A DNA stretch of 63,561 nt, counting the filler, from Asterionella formosa (taxonomy: Eukaryota), in assembly GCA_002256025.1 (NCBI GenBank). It is 11 parts of 11 records of this genome, joined end to end, with 100 filler letters (N's around TTAATTAATTAA, not from the genome) between each part and the next. Parts side by side here need not be neighbours in the genome. Positions count along the whole stretch, not along the records: positions 40,844 to 58,713 come from NKIB01004238.1; 10 more parts are not named here. The stretch is one strand, 5' to 3'. Below, piece by piece: positions 45,823-56,907 of the stretch (the stretch's first letter is position 1; every line of letters starts with the position of its first letter). The position numbers and the translations under genes are program-made. Below the pieces are notes generated by a model. It saw only the letters and a list, made by a program, of their open reading frames with translations, had not been told where the DNA came from and made no database searches.

Positions 45823-48800
45823 TCATGTGAACGTTTTGCTCATTGCATTAGCAGTTGAAGCACACTGGTAGCTCCAGTTTGCTGCAATCAGTGCCTTTTG
45901 GGCCAACACGCTCGAATAGTCTGATACTCCGTCGGAGGTGCAGTGACGAAACTGGATTCCAAGTGTAGGACCAGATGCATTGAAGCCCCTACTAGTTAGC
46001 GCGACAAGACGAGAGTACGTCCTAGACAATGGATAGAGTAGGTCAAGATTAGCCCAGGATCGTTGTCCAGGGCCCTCGTAGTTGACCGCCTCTTCCGATA
46101 CAAAAGAGCTCCACTCAAGTATACGAGTATGGTTCCGGAGGAGTTTCCAAGCATAATCTGAATCAGTGTAGATGTCGACCTTAGCTTTGAGCAAACTAGA
46201 ATTGCTATTGATTTCAGCTTCTTGATTCAATAATTGTAGGATCACTTTGAGGGCGTCGTGACAGGCGTAAAGCTCACAGCGATTGCGTGATGGTCGCAAA
46301 TACGGATAACCATTAAGAATTGATCCTTGAGTATAGCATGTACCTCCCTCATTTTCAGGCATAATCTGTGCAAAACTTCGTATGGTTGCTTGGCGAAGAC
46401 GTTCGACCAGAGCTTCGCTTCCGTGTGCGACCTGAGGAAAGTACAAACACATACCGCCTGCTCGACGAAACCCCCTGACCTGCTCAAAATCATCGGCAGG
46501 AAAAGGTCGACCTGCTACGTAAACAACAAAGGGAACAATATCTTTATCGTAGCAGAATTCCAAAGGATAGGTTGAATTCAGAATAGCATTCCTCAGACTT
46601 TGTGCCGGTTCCTCGTTTCTTTCGCCTTGCTTTGGTCGAAATTGCCTTTTCTGAATCGAATTCGTATAAGAAGTAGTTCTAACCTGTATGGATGATGCAG
46701 GTAACGCAAGTTCAGCGTATGCATACGTATTTCCATTGAACACCTTGCCACTTCGACATAACGCATAGATTTTCTGCAAGCTGATATCAAGCTTCGTTGC
46801 TGCATCCTTCGCGCTAGAATATCTTGCAGGAACTTCGTTGGGATCCAAGCTAATTTCGATGACAGGTCGCGAAAACTTGTTGTTGGTGTTGTTCTGGCGT
46901 CGAATTAGGACATTTTCCAATGGTATCCCAGACAACAACCCCAACTTGAGCCTCTTCTCAAGTGCTTCCGCTGTCAAGAAAAGCAGGGATGGATTCATCA
47001 GCAAAACTTGCCTAATGTCGCCATTGGGACTCAAAGCATCTTGTATCATGTCAATTTTGGGTCCTAGCGATGTTTTGATGCTAAACTTCACTATTCTGGG
47101 CGCTGCACACATGAGATCTCGAAGCTGACAGGTAGAAAGGTCCAATCGTTTCTGCAAAAACTGAAGAGTCGGCAACAGATTACGCTTCCAGCTCAACGTC
47201 AATAGGTCCGGATTCTTAATTAGGGTGAAACCCATTTGTGACTCTGACATTTCACAATAGTCCATGAAGGCTTGGGCAGTTGGACGGAGATTTTCTTCGA
47301 GGGATAATCCAAGAAGTAGTGGCGTAATCTTAATCATATTTCGTAGACCCGTTCGTGGAATGCTCAAATCATCGAGAAAAAATGCAACCTTTGGACGCAA
47401 AGAATTTTCAATGCTGGAATGAAGTAATGAGGGTTGCTTCAGGGCCATTTTTGATAACTCATCCCGAGTCAACCCGATTTCATCAATGAAAAACGACAAT
47501 CTTGGTTGAAGTCCATTTTCTATTGACATTCCAACGAGCGAAGGCATACGTAGCATAATTTTTCGCGTATCTTTGGATGATAATCCAAGTCCCTTCTGTA
47601 TGGCGTTCAAAGTGGGAAGAATATTGTGCGGTACACTGTAACTGACCAAGCTCGAATGAGTCTTTATCATGGCCTGTACTGTGCCAGTGGAAACTTGTAG
47701 TCTCGCTCGGAGATAGTGCAATGCGTGTTCCTTGAATACAAATCTTGTCGCACTTTTGTGATACATTACCCAAGCAGGATCCGTATCACATGTCACTAAA
47801 GAAGGAAAGGCTTGAAGCAAAATTTTCAACTGGCTCCAACTAGCTCCTATCGACTTCACATACGCCACCATACTAACATCCGACGGAGTGGCACCGTCCA
47901 GGTAATCGAACAGAGTTTCTCTGACTTCATCACATAATTCTTTGGGAACTTGTAGAGTTTGATAAAAATACAGGAAGTTGGGCTTTTGCGCTGCATCTTC
48001 ATAGTACATGGCAAGTATGTGCGGAATGCCCTTCACTATCAGTCTTACTTGGTCTTTTGTAAATCCAGTACCGAAACCTTTCGCTGCTAAAAGTGGCCAA
48101 TCAATATGACTGGTATTCAAATAATTCGCTGGTGGAATAGGTGACAGCAGAAATCGTAACCGCTCGGCAACTTCCTTGGGGTCGTACAAACAGACTTGTG
48201 GAAAATTGTGAACGACGCTCTGTTTAGCCACAGCTGGAGTGAACCCAATTTGATTCAACAGGTGAAGAAGGTTGGCGTAGTTTGAGCTAATGGTAGTATT
48301 CGTATGCGTGAGGAACCTAAATTTCCCCACCCGATCGGCGAGATATCCGACTATGGATACAGTCGTCGACCCGGTTACCAAGTTAGACAATGTCAGCAGT
48401 GCTTGGTAACCCCGTTGAGTTCGCTCTCGAAGCTCTTCTCCAGAGATGACCTGTCGATACAAAGTTTGTTCATCCTTGCCGCCACCTGCAACAATCCCCA
48501 AATCTGGAAGCTCGTTGTCAAAGGTCTGGAACCCCATTATCGCAAATTGAGCACTCGGGTAAGCCTCGATTGCATCGTCGAAGAACTCAAAGCTTTCCAC
48601 CAGTCTTGAGTCTTGATAGACTGCGTGCCGTTGAAAATTGTTTGAAAAACGAATAGTTACAGGCCCATTGAAATCTTCCAAATCTCTTTCATTCAGTTTG
48701 GCATGTTCTAGATGCGCTTTGGTGATGGCATGTAGAAGGAAGGTTGGACAAGAGCCCGCATTTCTTCCTCTGGAACTAATGGACAGAAATGCCCTAGTTT

Positions 48801-48849
48801 GGATTAACGAGATGCACAAACATAACCAAATAGTGCACGAGCACTGCAT
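45823..48849 (-). CDS. Plastid-targeted mTERF-repeat protein with NUMOD1-like HTH and C-terminal RNase H-like domain
   Basis: Signal peptide ...IQTRA|FLS. Many mTERF repeats (PSLVGMSIENGLQPRLSFF, PSLLHSSIENSLRPKVAFF, PLLLGLSLEENLRP, PDLLTLSWKRNLLPTLQFL). YSSAKDAATKLDIS..KIYALCRSGK. RNRCELYA, VDIYTDSDY, NLDL, IQFRH. Confidence 0.88.
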   Translation of the reverse strand: MQCSCTIWLCLCISLIQTRAFLSISSRGRNAGSCPTFLLHAITKAHLEHAKLNERDLEDFNGPVTIRFSNNFQRHAVYQDSRLVESFEFFDDAIEAYPSAQFAIMGFQTFDNELPDLGIVAGGGKDEQTLYRQVISGEELRERTQRGYQALLTLSNLVTGSTTVSIVGYLADRVGKFRFLTHTNTTISSNYANLLHLLNQIGFTPAVAKQSVVHNFPQVCLYDPKEVAERLRFLLSPIPPANYLNTSHIDWPLLAAKGFGTGFTKDQVRLIVKGIPHILAMYYEDAAQKPNFLYFYQTLQVPKELCDEVRETLFDYLDGATPSDVSMVAYVKSIGASWSQLKILLQAFPSLVTCDTDPAWVMYHKSATRFVFKEHALHYLRARLQVSTGTVQAMIKTHSSLVSYSVPHNILPTLNAIQKGLGLSSKDTRKIMLRMPSLVGMSIENGLQPRLSFFIDEIGLTRDELSKMALKQPSLLHSSIENSLRPKVAFFLDDLSIPRTGLRNMIKITPLLLGLSLEENLRPTAQAFMDYCEMSESQMGFTLIKNPDLLTLSWKRNLLPTLQFLQKRLDLSTCQLRDLMCAAPRIVKFSIKTSLGPKIDMIQDALSPNGDIRQVLLMNPSLLFLTAEALEKRLKLGLLSGIPLENVLIRRQNNTNNKFSRPVIEISLDPNEVPARYSSAKDAATKLDISLQKIYALCRSGKVFNGNTYAYAELALPASSIQVRTTSYTNSIQKRQFRPKQGERNEEPAQSLRNAILNSTYPLEFCYDKDIVPFVVYVAGRPFPADDFEQVRGFRRAGGMCLYFPQVAHGSEALVERLRQATIRSFAQIMPENEGGTCYTQGSILNGYPYLRPSRNRCELYACHDALKVILQLLNQEAEINSNSSLLKAKVDIYTDSDYAWKLLRNHTRILEWSSFVSEEAVNYEGPGQRSWANLDLLYPLSRTYSRLVALTSRGFNASGPTLGIQFRHCTSDGVSDYSSVLAQKALIAANWSYQCASTANAMSKTFT

Positions 48850-49449
48850 TATTGTAATGTAAACGACAAAATTTCACGTCTCAAAGAAGTGTTAGAAGAG
48901 CTGCTGAACTTGAACAGTCATCATCACCAACCACAAATATCATCATGGTGACCGTGCGTAGCCCATTTTTGAGGAGCAGGCGGCCCTGAATTCACCATGT
49001 GATGCATGTACAGTAGCAGGTACCCCTGGTGCCCTTGCATGCAACTCATACACCGGTAGGTATAACTAGTATTCGGTACATACCCGGTATTTTGAACATG
49101 GGACTGAATTACGACGAATTGCGGGGTAGCAGCATGGTACCTGGTTACCTGGCATGTAGTAGAGTCCTTCATCAGTATCATAAAAAATGCCTTACTACCG
49201 GCATCATTCTTGAATTCAAACCATGCGTCAGTCTTCATTTTGTGTGGTATTTGTTCACTTTTTCTTTTTGGACAGAAAATTCTATCCGTCGTAGTGACAG
49301 CTACAGCACTAGTAATTAACTAGCACCGTGTACAAAGGTAGTGATCATGAATGTTAGTGATTTCGCTGTGATCATCTTGTTACAACCAAAACCAAACTCT
49401 CTTTCTTCTTGCCCATGGCTTGAAGTTTTTTCTTTCAAAAAATAAGTAA

Positions 49450-50045
49450 ATGTCCATTTATTCTGTATGTGATCAATATTGTCTTTTGATGACAACAACA
49501 GGATTTTTAAGAGGTGAATCACTTTTTAATTGCAAACTTAGCAAATTTGGTTCTTTGTTGCACAACAACAAGGATAAAAATAGTCTCAAGGATATTTTAA
49601 TTCATGTGATGTGCATTGCTACAACTGGGAAAACAAATGGGTTAAAGGCTCTTCATGGATGTTGTATCCAACATCATAATGTTAATGAGTGTACTACTCT
49701 TCTTGGTATGCTTGGATTTTATTTAATGGCAAGATGTATGCAGAGTGGAGAAGCATAATCCTTTGATTTTACTTTAAACCAAGCCTGGTTCAACATTAAG
49801 TTGTTGACGGATTCTTGGGGCTTCGACAACAAAATTCAGTAACTGATCAGGCATATGCAAGTAATAAGACAAATGCTTGCAGATATCTTGGCATTATTTA
49901 GAAACATTTTGTGCGTTTTGGTCGATCGGCTGGTTCAGTTAAAGCAGAATTGGATGAATTTGATGGCTATAACATCAACAACCTTGGGAATTGGAATGTG
50001 GATACTCGTCGTGATGTTTATTCAGCTAAGCTGCCAATGAGAGGT
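49450..50045 (+). pseudogene. Degenerate Crypton-like / NDC10-II-type tyrosine recombinase, running into an N gap
   Basis: LMTTTGFLRGESLF, GKTNGLK, LGFYLMAR, FDFTLNQAWFNIKLL, HFVRFGRSAGSVKAEL...LGNW...DVYSAKLPM, in the order R-K-xxxR-W-Y of tyrosine recombinases. Contains a stop and frameshifts. Confidence 0.75.
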
Positions 50046-53034
50046 NNNNNNNNNNNNNNNNNNNNNNNNNNNNNNNNNNNNNNNNNNNNNNNNNNNNNNN
50101 NNNNNNNNNNNNNNNNNNNNNNNNNNNNNNNNNNNNNNNNNNNNNNNNNNNNNNNNNNNNNNNNNNNNNNNNNNNNNNNNNNNNNNNNNNNNNNNNNNNN
50201 NNNNNNNNNNNNNNNNNNNNNNNNNNNNNNNNNNNNNNNNNNNNNNNNNNNNNNNNNNNNNNNNNNNNNNNNNNNNNNNNNNNNNNNNNNNNNNNNNNNN
50301 NNNNNNNNNNNNNNNNNNNNNNNNNNNNNNNNNNNNNNNNNNNNNNNNNNNNNNNNNNNNNNNNNNNNNNNNNNNNNNNNNNNNNNNNNNNNNNNNNNNN
50401 NNNNNNNNNNNNNNNNNNNNNNNNNNNNNNNNNNNNNNNNNNNNNNNNNNNNNNNNNNNNNNNNNNNNNNNNNNNNNNNNNNNNNNNNNNNNNNNNNNNN
50501 NNNNNNNNNNNNNNNNNNNNNNNNNNNNNNNNNNNNNNNNNNNNNNNNNNNNNNNNNNNNNNNNNNNNNNNNNNNNNNNNNNNNNNNNNNNNNNNNNNNN
50601 NNNNNNNNNNNNNNNNNNNNNNNNNNNNNNNNNNNNNNNNNNNNNNNNNNNNNNNNNNNNNNNNNNNNNNNNNNNNNNNNNNNNNNNNNNNNNNNNNNNN
50701 NNNNNNNNNNNNNNNNNNNNNNNNNNNNNNNNNNNNNNNNNNNNNNNNNNNNNNNNNNNNNNNNNNNNNNNNNNNNNNNNNNNNNNNNNNNNNNNNNNNN
50801 NNNNNNNNNNNNNNNNNNNNNNNNNNNNNNNNNNNNNNNNNNNNNNNNNNNNNNNNNNNNNNNNNNNNNNNNNNNNNNNNNNNNNNNNNNNNNNNNNNNN
50901 NNNNNNNNNNNNNNNNNNNNNNNNNNNNNNNNNNNNNNNNNNNNNNNNNNNNNNNNNNNNNNNNNNNNNNNNNNNNNNNNNNNNNNNNNNNNNNNNNNNN
51001 NNNNNNNNNNNNNNNNNNNNNNCGTTATTTATAGGGTCGGAGCAGCCGCCATTTGAAGATTAGCAGTCATGCGACCGTCTTTTTCTGACACAATTATCAA
51101 CCAGTTGTCATCGAGAGAGAAAGTACTGGTGGGCCTTGCATTGTGTCGTTGTCCGCAACGGAAAGGTTCATGTTTGCATCTTGTGGAGCATCTGTAGCAA
51201 AGTGTCGACGCTTCCTGCACTGCTTGTATTTGAATTTGTATTCAAAAAGAGACACCAAAGACGACGTGGTTACATAGCAACAACGCAACAACGAGGAGGC
51301 ACGGCTCTCATAGCAGCTTCTTTGGAAAAAGGTCATCAAAGTCAAGGCTCATCGCACTACTGCTAATGAAGAATCCACAAAGACGACTGATACAAGGCGA
51401 GATTTTGTGCATTGGGGAGCTGCAGCAGTCAAGCACGACCATAATTGTTTTGCGATTTTAATGGAAGATAAAATTTACTATCGCTACTTACTGGAGGGAG
51501 ACGATCAGCCAGGTTGCTTTGTACTGATGACCATCACTGTATTATATCATGGTATAGTGTTTATATTCTGAATTGGTATATAATAACCAGGTTATTAAAA
51601 TTGCTTTTCTTTATGGTTATTTGTCATCAGGTCTGACTTGGTGGTGTCAGACTTTGGACTCAAGTCCAGACTTGGTATAAACAACTGCTGATGCAACTTA
51701 GAGGGAGTGCCAGGGTATTCCCTGTTCCCTGCTGGGTGGCAAGCAACTAATATTACTACAACTTGTACCACTGGACTCGGAACTCTGGCAAATTATTCAT
51801 TATCTTCACCACCAGGCAGCCGATGCAGCCAGGTGGATGACAGGACAATATGCATGTGTTGTCTACTGGTACTAGTAGTCATGTGATGGTGGTCCATTAA
51901 TGTTGGACTATTGGAATATCATTGCATATTGGTGTGACGATGCAAAATACTAATAGGGACATACAAACATTTGATTTGACGATGAGATTATGGTGTCCAG
52001 TGAATAAACCATTTGATTAAATTATTTCTTTTTGAGTCCAGTGGCATATGTTTTTGTCGTGATTCCCTCAAAAATCGCGTATATTTCACTTGCTACAGAG
52101 TGAGCTAAAGTTGATTTAATCATTATTTGCTTGCTGGGTTGAGATCATCCTAGTCTTGGAAACGTGAGGAAGTGAAGCCTGAAGCTCCATTGTGAACAAA
52201 CTTGTTTTCTAGTCATTTAGCTCATGAATGCCCATGTGAAAGACAAAAAGGATTATCAATCATTTTTGCTCTTTGTCAGGTTTGATCAGTCCACTCATGC
52301 TGTCCACTCCTGGGAATCCCACTCCGTCGAAAAGGATGTGTTTATTAATAAAAGTACTGGATACACGAATACTCTGTTTATTCAACGAGTGCTCAACCAA
52401 TGCAATTTCCTGTACAGGTAGGTACCAGGTACATTACAAGGTATGCTTCTTAGGAGCTACATGTATTTCCTGGTAGGTATAGGATGTAAACCCACTCCTT
52501 CCATTTGTTTCTTTCGTGCTTTTTAAATCAAGTAATTTGAAATTCTTTGGCAGGCAGGCCGGCCGTGCGCGCGATGTATTATCAACTCGCACAGAAATAT
52601 CATCGGGACATCGTTGCTTGCGGTTCCTCAATTTGAGGTCCTGTCTATCTGCTTAAGTAACCTTTGTCATGGAGTATTTATACATAGTCAACTCAGGACC
52701 ACTTCGTATCTGTGGAGCATTATATTCAGTCATGATCAAGAATTCGGCCAGCATACACACATATTACTATGAAAACGAAATTTTAAATGATAACAGCGAG
52801 TCCCGTTGCGCAAGCAAGGTCCTCCCTCACCTGCTCGGAGGACATCATATGTTGACAAGGTCACCGTGTACCGCATTGTACTGTACATACACATGTTTTG
52901 TTTGTTTTGGTATGTGTTTTATGTGCTCCACTTCGGAGTCTCCTGCATGACACATTTCAAGGCATCAAATACAGTCAAATTGTCGGCGGGAAAGGGCTCA
53001 CTTTCTCCCCATTATCATACCGATTAAACTAGAA

Positions 53035-54909
53035 ATGAAAGTCCATTCTTTAACTTGCAAGATGAGAATCGCAGCGCTCGCGTTGGTGGTAGCTACGCAC
53101 TTGGTTATTGCAGCCGCTTCCTGTGTACCGGTTTGCGTGGGCCGCCCGCAGGTCGTCAGCGCATGCGATACGTTCTCTGGAACTAGTAACAATTTCCTTG
53201 AAACTTGTGTCTGCGATCGTGTTGTGACGGTGAATTGGCAAAATTGCAATCCACAGGCAGATGATCAGGTTGGCATCTACAACTGCAAAGGATATGATCA
53301 CACAGTCTATAACTACGAACCATTCGCCGCCACAGATACTGGAGCATTGGACACGATGGGAACGATGTCGTTTCCAGATGCACCTGACGCATATACATGC
53401 ACGTGCTTGGTGGCCATCATGAACAGAAATGTCAGCGGAAATATTCCGCCCTATGATATTGTTATCGAAGGTACGGAATTCATTATTCCTGGCAGCTCTT
53501 GTGCGCCTTCAGCTGCTCCGCAAACTGCTGTTCCTACTGTCATTGCGTCTGGTGTGGCAGAAACTCCAGCTCCTTCTGGCAGTTACGGTAAGGTAACCCC
53601 TTCGCCTTCTGCAGTTGTATCTGGTGCTGCGGTGACCCCTGCTCCTTCTGGAGCTTATCCTGCTGCTATCGCGACTCCTGCGCCTTCTGGAGTTGGTTCT
53701 GGTGATGTGGTAACCCTTGCTCCTTCTGGAGCTTATCCTGTTGCTGCGGTGACCCTTGCTCCTTCTGGAGCTTATCCTGTTGCTGCGGTGACCCTTGCTC
53801 CTTCTGGAGCTTATCCTGTTGCTGTGGACACTCGTACGCCTTCTGGAGCTACTCCTGTTGCAATGGTGACTTCTGCGCCTTCTGGAGTTGGTTCTGGTCC
53901 TGTGGTGACGTCTCCGCCTTCTGGAGGTTATCCTGCGTCTTCGGTGAGTCCTGCCCCTTCTGGAGTAGGTAGTGATGGTGCGGCGACTCCTGCACCTTCT
54001 GAAAGTTCACTTTCTCCGGTATCTGCTACTCCGGTAACTGCTCCTTCTGGAGGCTCGGTCGCTCCAGTTGCTTCGCTTACACCTGTTCCCTCTGGAGTAA
54101 ATCCTGGTGGTGTAGAGACCTCTCCTCCTTCTGGTGGATATGGTATGATGACTCCTGCGCCCTCTTCAGTTGGATCTGACGGATCGTTATCTTCTGCGCC
54201 TCAACGTGGGCCTGTTCCCAACTGTACTGGTGTTGCGGAAGATCCCTACGAATATTTCGGTAACGGCTTTTTCATCCCTTGTTGCGACATTGCGGAGCAA
54301 TGCCTTAAGGACTGGAACAACAATAGCCGCGTATACTATCGTTGTGTGGAGCCAGGCACTTGTGACTCTAACCTTGTTGACCCAGGAGAAACTCCATCTG
54401 TCTGTACTCTCGTCAACAATGATCCTTACCAGGTGTACGGGAACGGGTCGTTCATTCCTTGCTGCAACCCTAGCACGCAGTGCCTCAACACCTGGGATGG
54501 CGATGACCGTTACTATTTCCGATGTGTTACCGACTGTTACCCAGCAATAATCCCCTCTCCAGTGTGCACCAGTCGAGACCAAGATCCATTTCAATTCTTT
54601 GGCAATGGAACTGAAAACGTCTGTTGCCCTGGGCTTGTTCACTGCTTGGACGACTGGAACAACATTGACCGATTTTATTATCGCTGCCTGGAATGTTGTG
54701 CTAATAGCTGTCCAGCGGACAAAAATCCATCTCCGACGTCAAGCAAGCCAGGTGTGAGATCGGATCAACTTGCTAATTATGTTCCGAAGCCTGGCGAGGT
54801 AGGTGTTTTTGTGTCCAAGTCAACGCTTGCAAGCAGTGGAGCTATCCATATGGTAGTGTCCGTCACTGGCATTTTGGTGGGCGCTTTTGTTTGCGTTTTT
54901 ATTTCTTAA
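53035..54909 (+). CDS. Secreted, C-terminally anchored mucin-like surface protein with TPAPSG repeats and three Cys-rich modules (ATG may be 53062)
   Basis: Signal peptide MRIAALALVVATHLVIAAA; Cys-rich N-domain; ~13-aa P/S/T/A/G repeats; three C-x5-DP[YF]-x3-GNG-x4-CC-x5-CL-xx-W-x4-R-x-Y[YF]RC modules; hydrophobic C-terminal end. Confidence 0.88.
   Translation: MKVHSLTCKMRIAALALVVATHLVIAAASCVPVCVGRPQVVSACDTFSGTSNNFLETCVCDRVVTVNWQNCNPQADDQVGIYNCKGYDHTVYNYEPFAATDTGALDTMGTMSFPDAPDAYTCTCLVAIMNRNVSGNIPPYDIVIEGTEFIIPGSSCAPSAAPQTAVPTVIASGVAETPAPSGSYGKVTPSPSAVVSGAAVTPAPSGAYPAAIATPAPSGVGSGDVVTLAPSGAYPVAAVTLAPSGAYPVAAVTLAPSGAYPVAVDTRTPSGATPVAMVTSAPSGVGSGPVVTSPPSGGYPASSVSPAPSGVGSDGAATPAPSESSLSPVSATPVTAPSGGSVAPVASLTPVPSGVNPGGVETSPPSGGYGMMTPAPSSVGSDGSLSSAPQRGPVPNCTGVAEDPYEYFGNGFFIPCCDIAEQCLKDWNNNSRVYYRCVEPGTCDSNLVDPGETPSVCTLVNNDPYQVYGNGSFIPCCNPSTQCLNTWDGDDRYYFRCVTDCYPAIIPSPVCTSRDQDPFQFFGNGTENVCCPGLVHCLDDWNNIDRFYYRCLECCANSCPADKNPSPTSSKPGVRSDQLANYVPKPGEVGVFVSKSTLASSGAIHMVVSVTGILVGAFVCVFIS
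53630..53950 (+). repeat. 39-bp coding tandem repeat (VTLAPSGAYPVAA)
   Basis: Near-identical units gtgacccttgctccttctggagcttatcctgttgctgcg at about 53710-53826, diverging outward. Confidence 0.9.
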
Positions 54910-55547
54910 TCAAGGTATTGTTGTCGTCACCATTGGTTTGCAAGAACCCCCCCATGGAACGCAAAATTCCAATTTCAAACAACCAAATTTATTCATAAAA
55001 CAGATGGTGCATATTTAGTCCTTAAAGTTTTATTATTTGTTCATGGTTGAAGGGATTGTCACTTTATTATTTCTCTTGCTTTGTTCAAGCACTCGAAATG
55101 GTAAGCCCGAATGTCTGATCATTGCAGCACCCTCGGACTTAAAATAGATCACCTTTCAATTATGCACACTCTAGTACCGGTAGTACACTGAACCACTAAC
55201 CGTATCCTTGACGACCCAAGACTTGAATGATTCCTAATTAATTATAATTTGCTGGAAAATATCTCACCTTCCCCATCATCTGCCGAAACTTGCGGTCGTG
55301 TAAAGGTGACTTCGAAGAATATGAAAATGATGAAATAAGTTCGGAAAGTGAAACTGGCAGACGGATATGGTTTCTTCGACCCAGGGATACTCCATTGGGT
55401 AATTCAATTCCGAAATTCCTAATCATTTTTCAGGCTTTGTTTCACAAAGAAAAAAAAACATGCCACAAATGTGTCAAGGGTAGTGACAAACGACAAGGCA
55501 ATAGGATGGCACTGATCTCGCCCCTGCGACAGGAGGTTATCTCATGT

Positions 55548-56388
55548 TCAATGTTTCGTTTTGATAGTATCCAATCCAATTTCGACATTTCCAACAATAG
55601 GAAATCCCTTTCCTGGGCCTTTCTCACCAAGAAAAAATAGCACTGCTGTTCGACCAACACAATGTAGGATTGTCATGGTATCGTAGCCACCGAATCTTGT
55701 TCGTGTCCCCATGGGAGGCTGAGGTTTGCCCGGTTTAATCATTCTAGAATACAACACTGCACTTGGAGGCAGTGAAGGAAAGTCAACTTCCATTTCCATG
55801 AGAACTTCTTCCTCTCGTAGGTTTGGAGTATAAATCAAGTTAATGTGAGAGTGATCTGGCGAAACGCCAAAGGGTGTTCCACAACACGAAGAATAAATAC
55901 GTCGTTTGTCTGTCGTGGTAGACAACTTGACAGACTGCAAATACTCACGGCCCTTGACCATTTGGATCTCTGAGTCGTGCACCAATAAATGCTGGGCGCC
56001 TGGCGAGCAGAAGTTATCAAGCTTGGCAGATCCAGATTCGAGAACCTAACCAGGACGAAGCAAAGAGGAGAAGCGAACTGTGAGTGACCTTTGTGTTGAC
56101 TTTACATTGAGCAGAGAAATTCAACCTTTCACTCACCCTTTCACAAAATCCAACACAATCACAGCAAGCACATTGGAAGGATGGAATCTCACTGTATCGA
56201 TAGTTAGCAGCAGGTATGATGATGCTAGCTTCCACCTCCCCACAAGAGCACCTGTAACTGGCGCGTCGTGTCTTGGTCTCTGTTGTGCTACGCTCTATGA
56301 TCCAATACAATCCAAAGGCAGATAGAGTTGCAGCGGCAGTGGCGCCCACTACTACCAATGACTTGAGAATGGAGGAGGACTCTGGCAT
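55548..56388 (-). CDS. GFA/CENP-V/Mss4-like zinc-binding protein with N-terminal membrane anchor; join(complement 56137..56388, 55548..56045)
   Basis: CSCGEV...CACCDC in exon 1 and IQMVKGREYL...RIYSSCCGTP in exon 2. Phase-0 intron GTGAGT...TTAG keeps the frame. Confidence 0.82.
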
Positions 56389-56907
56389 TGCTGATATTGG
56401 GTTGTTGACTTTGACCTCAAATCAGCCTCTTTGAAATGTTACAAATGTGCATTTTAATTTAACGTGATGTACCAAAAATTGTGAAGGGACAGGAGGTGCT
56501 TGTTAGTTCTTGTATCGTAGTCTAAGAGTTTTGTTACATTGGAATACTATAGCTACTAGTAGACTATTTGGGGATTTAACAATAAGTGAATTCAGTTATT
56601 GTTGTTTATGATGTGGCATTCATACATGATGAGAACCCCCCGTGCAGGTGTGTCAGGTGTACCGTTATTTGATTTTCGCCTCCCAACGAAAATAAGGAAT
56701 GCCGGTACCGGTACGGAGGCAGGCTTGCTAATACCACGATGGCAGGTAGTTACATGTTCAACACAAGAAACTCAGAGTCGCCAGGACCTAAGGAGCAACT
56801 CCTACGTTTATTGGTTGATACAAAGAAATAAATACTTTGTTGTTATTGGTTACTTTATGGATGTAGACTACCGGCAGTGATTCCGGTCAATCGACGCGAC
56901 AAAGAAT

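Noticed and set aside
44273..51056. Long ORFs 44273..45093 and 49911..51056
   Set aside because: Their length comes from N runs; only the 49911..50045 part is informative (Crypton relic).
51625..51675. Short inverted repeats gtctgac/gtcagac and tggact/agtcca
   Set aside because: Arms of 6-7 bp are expected by chance.
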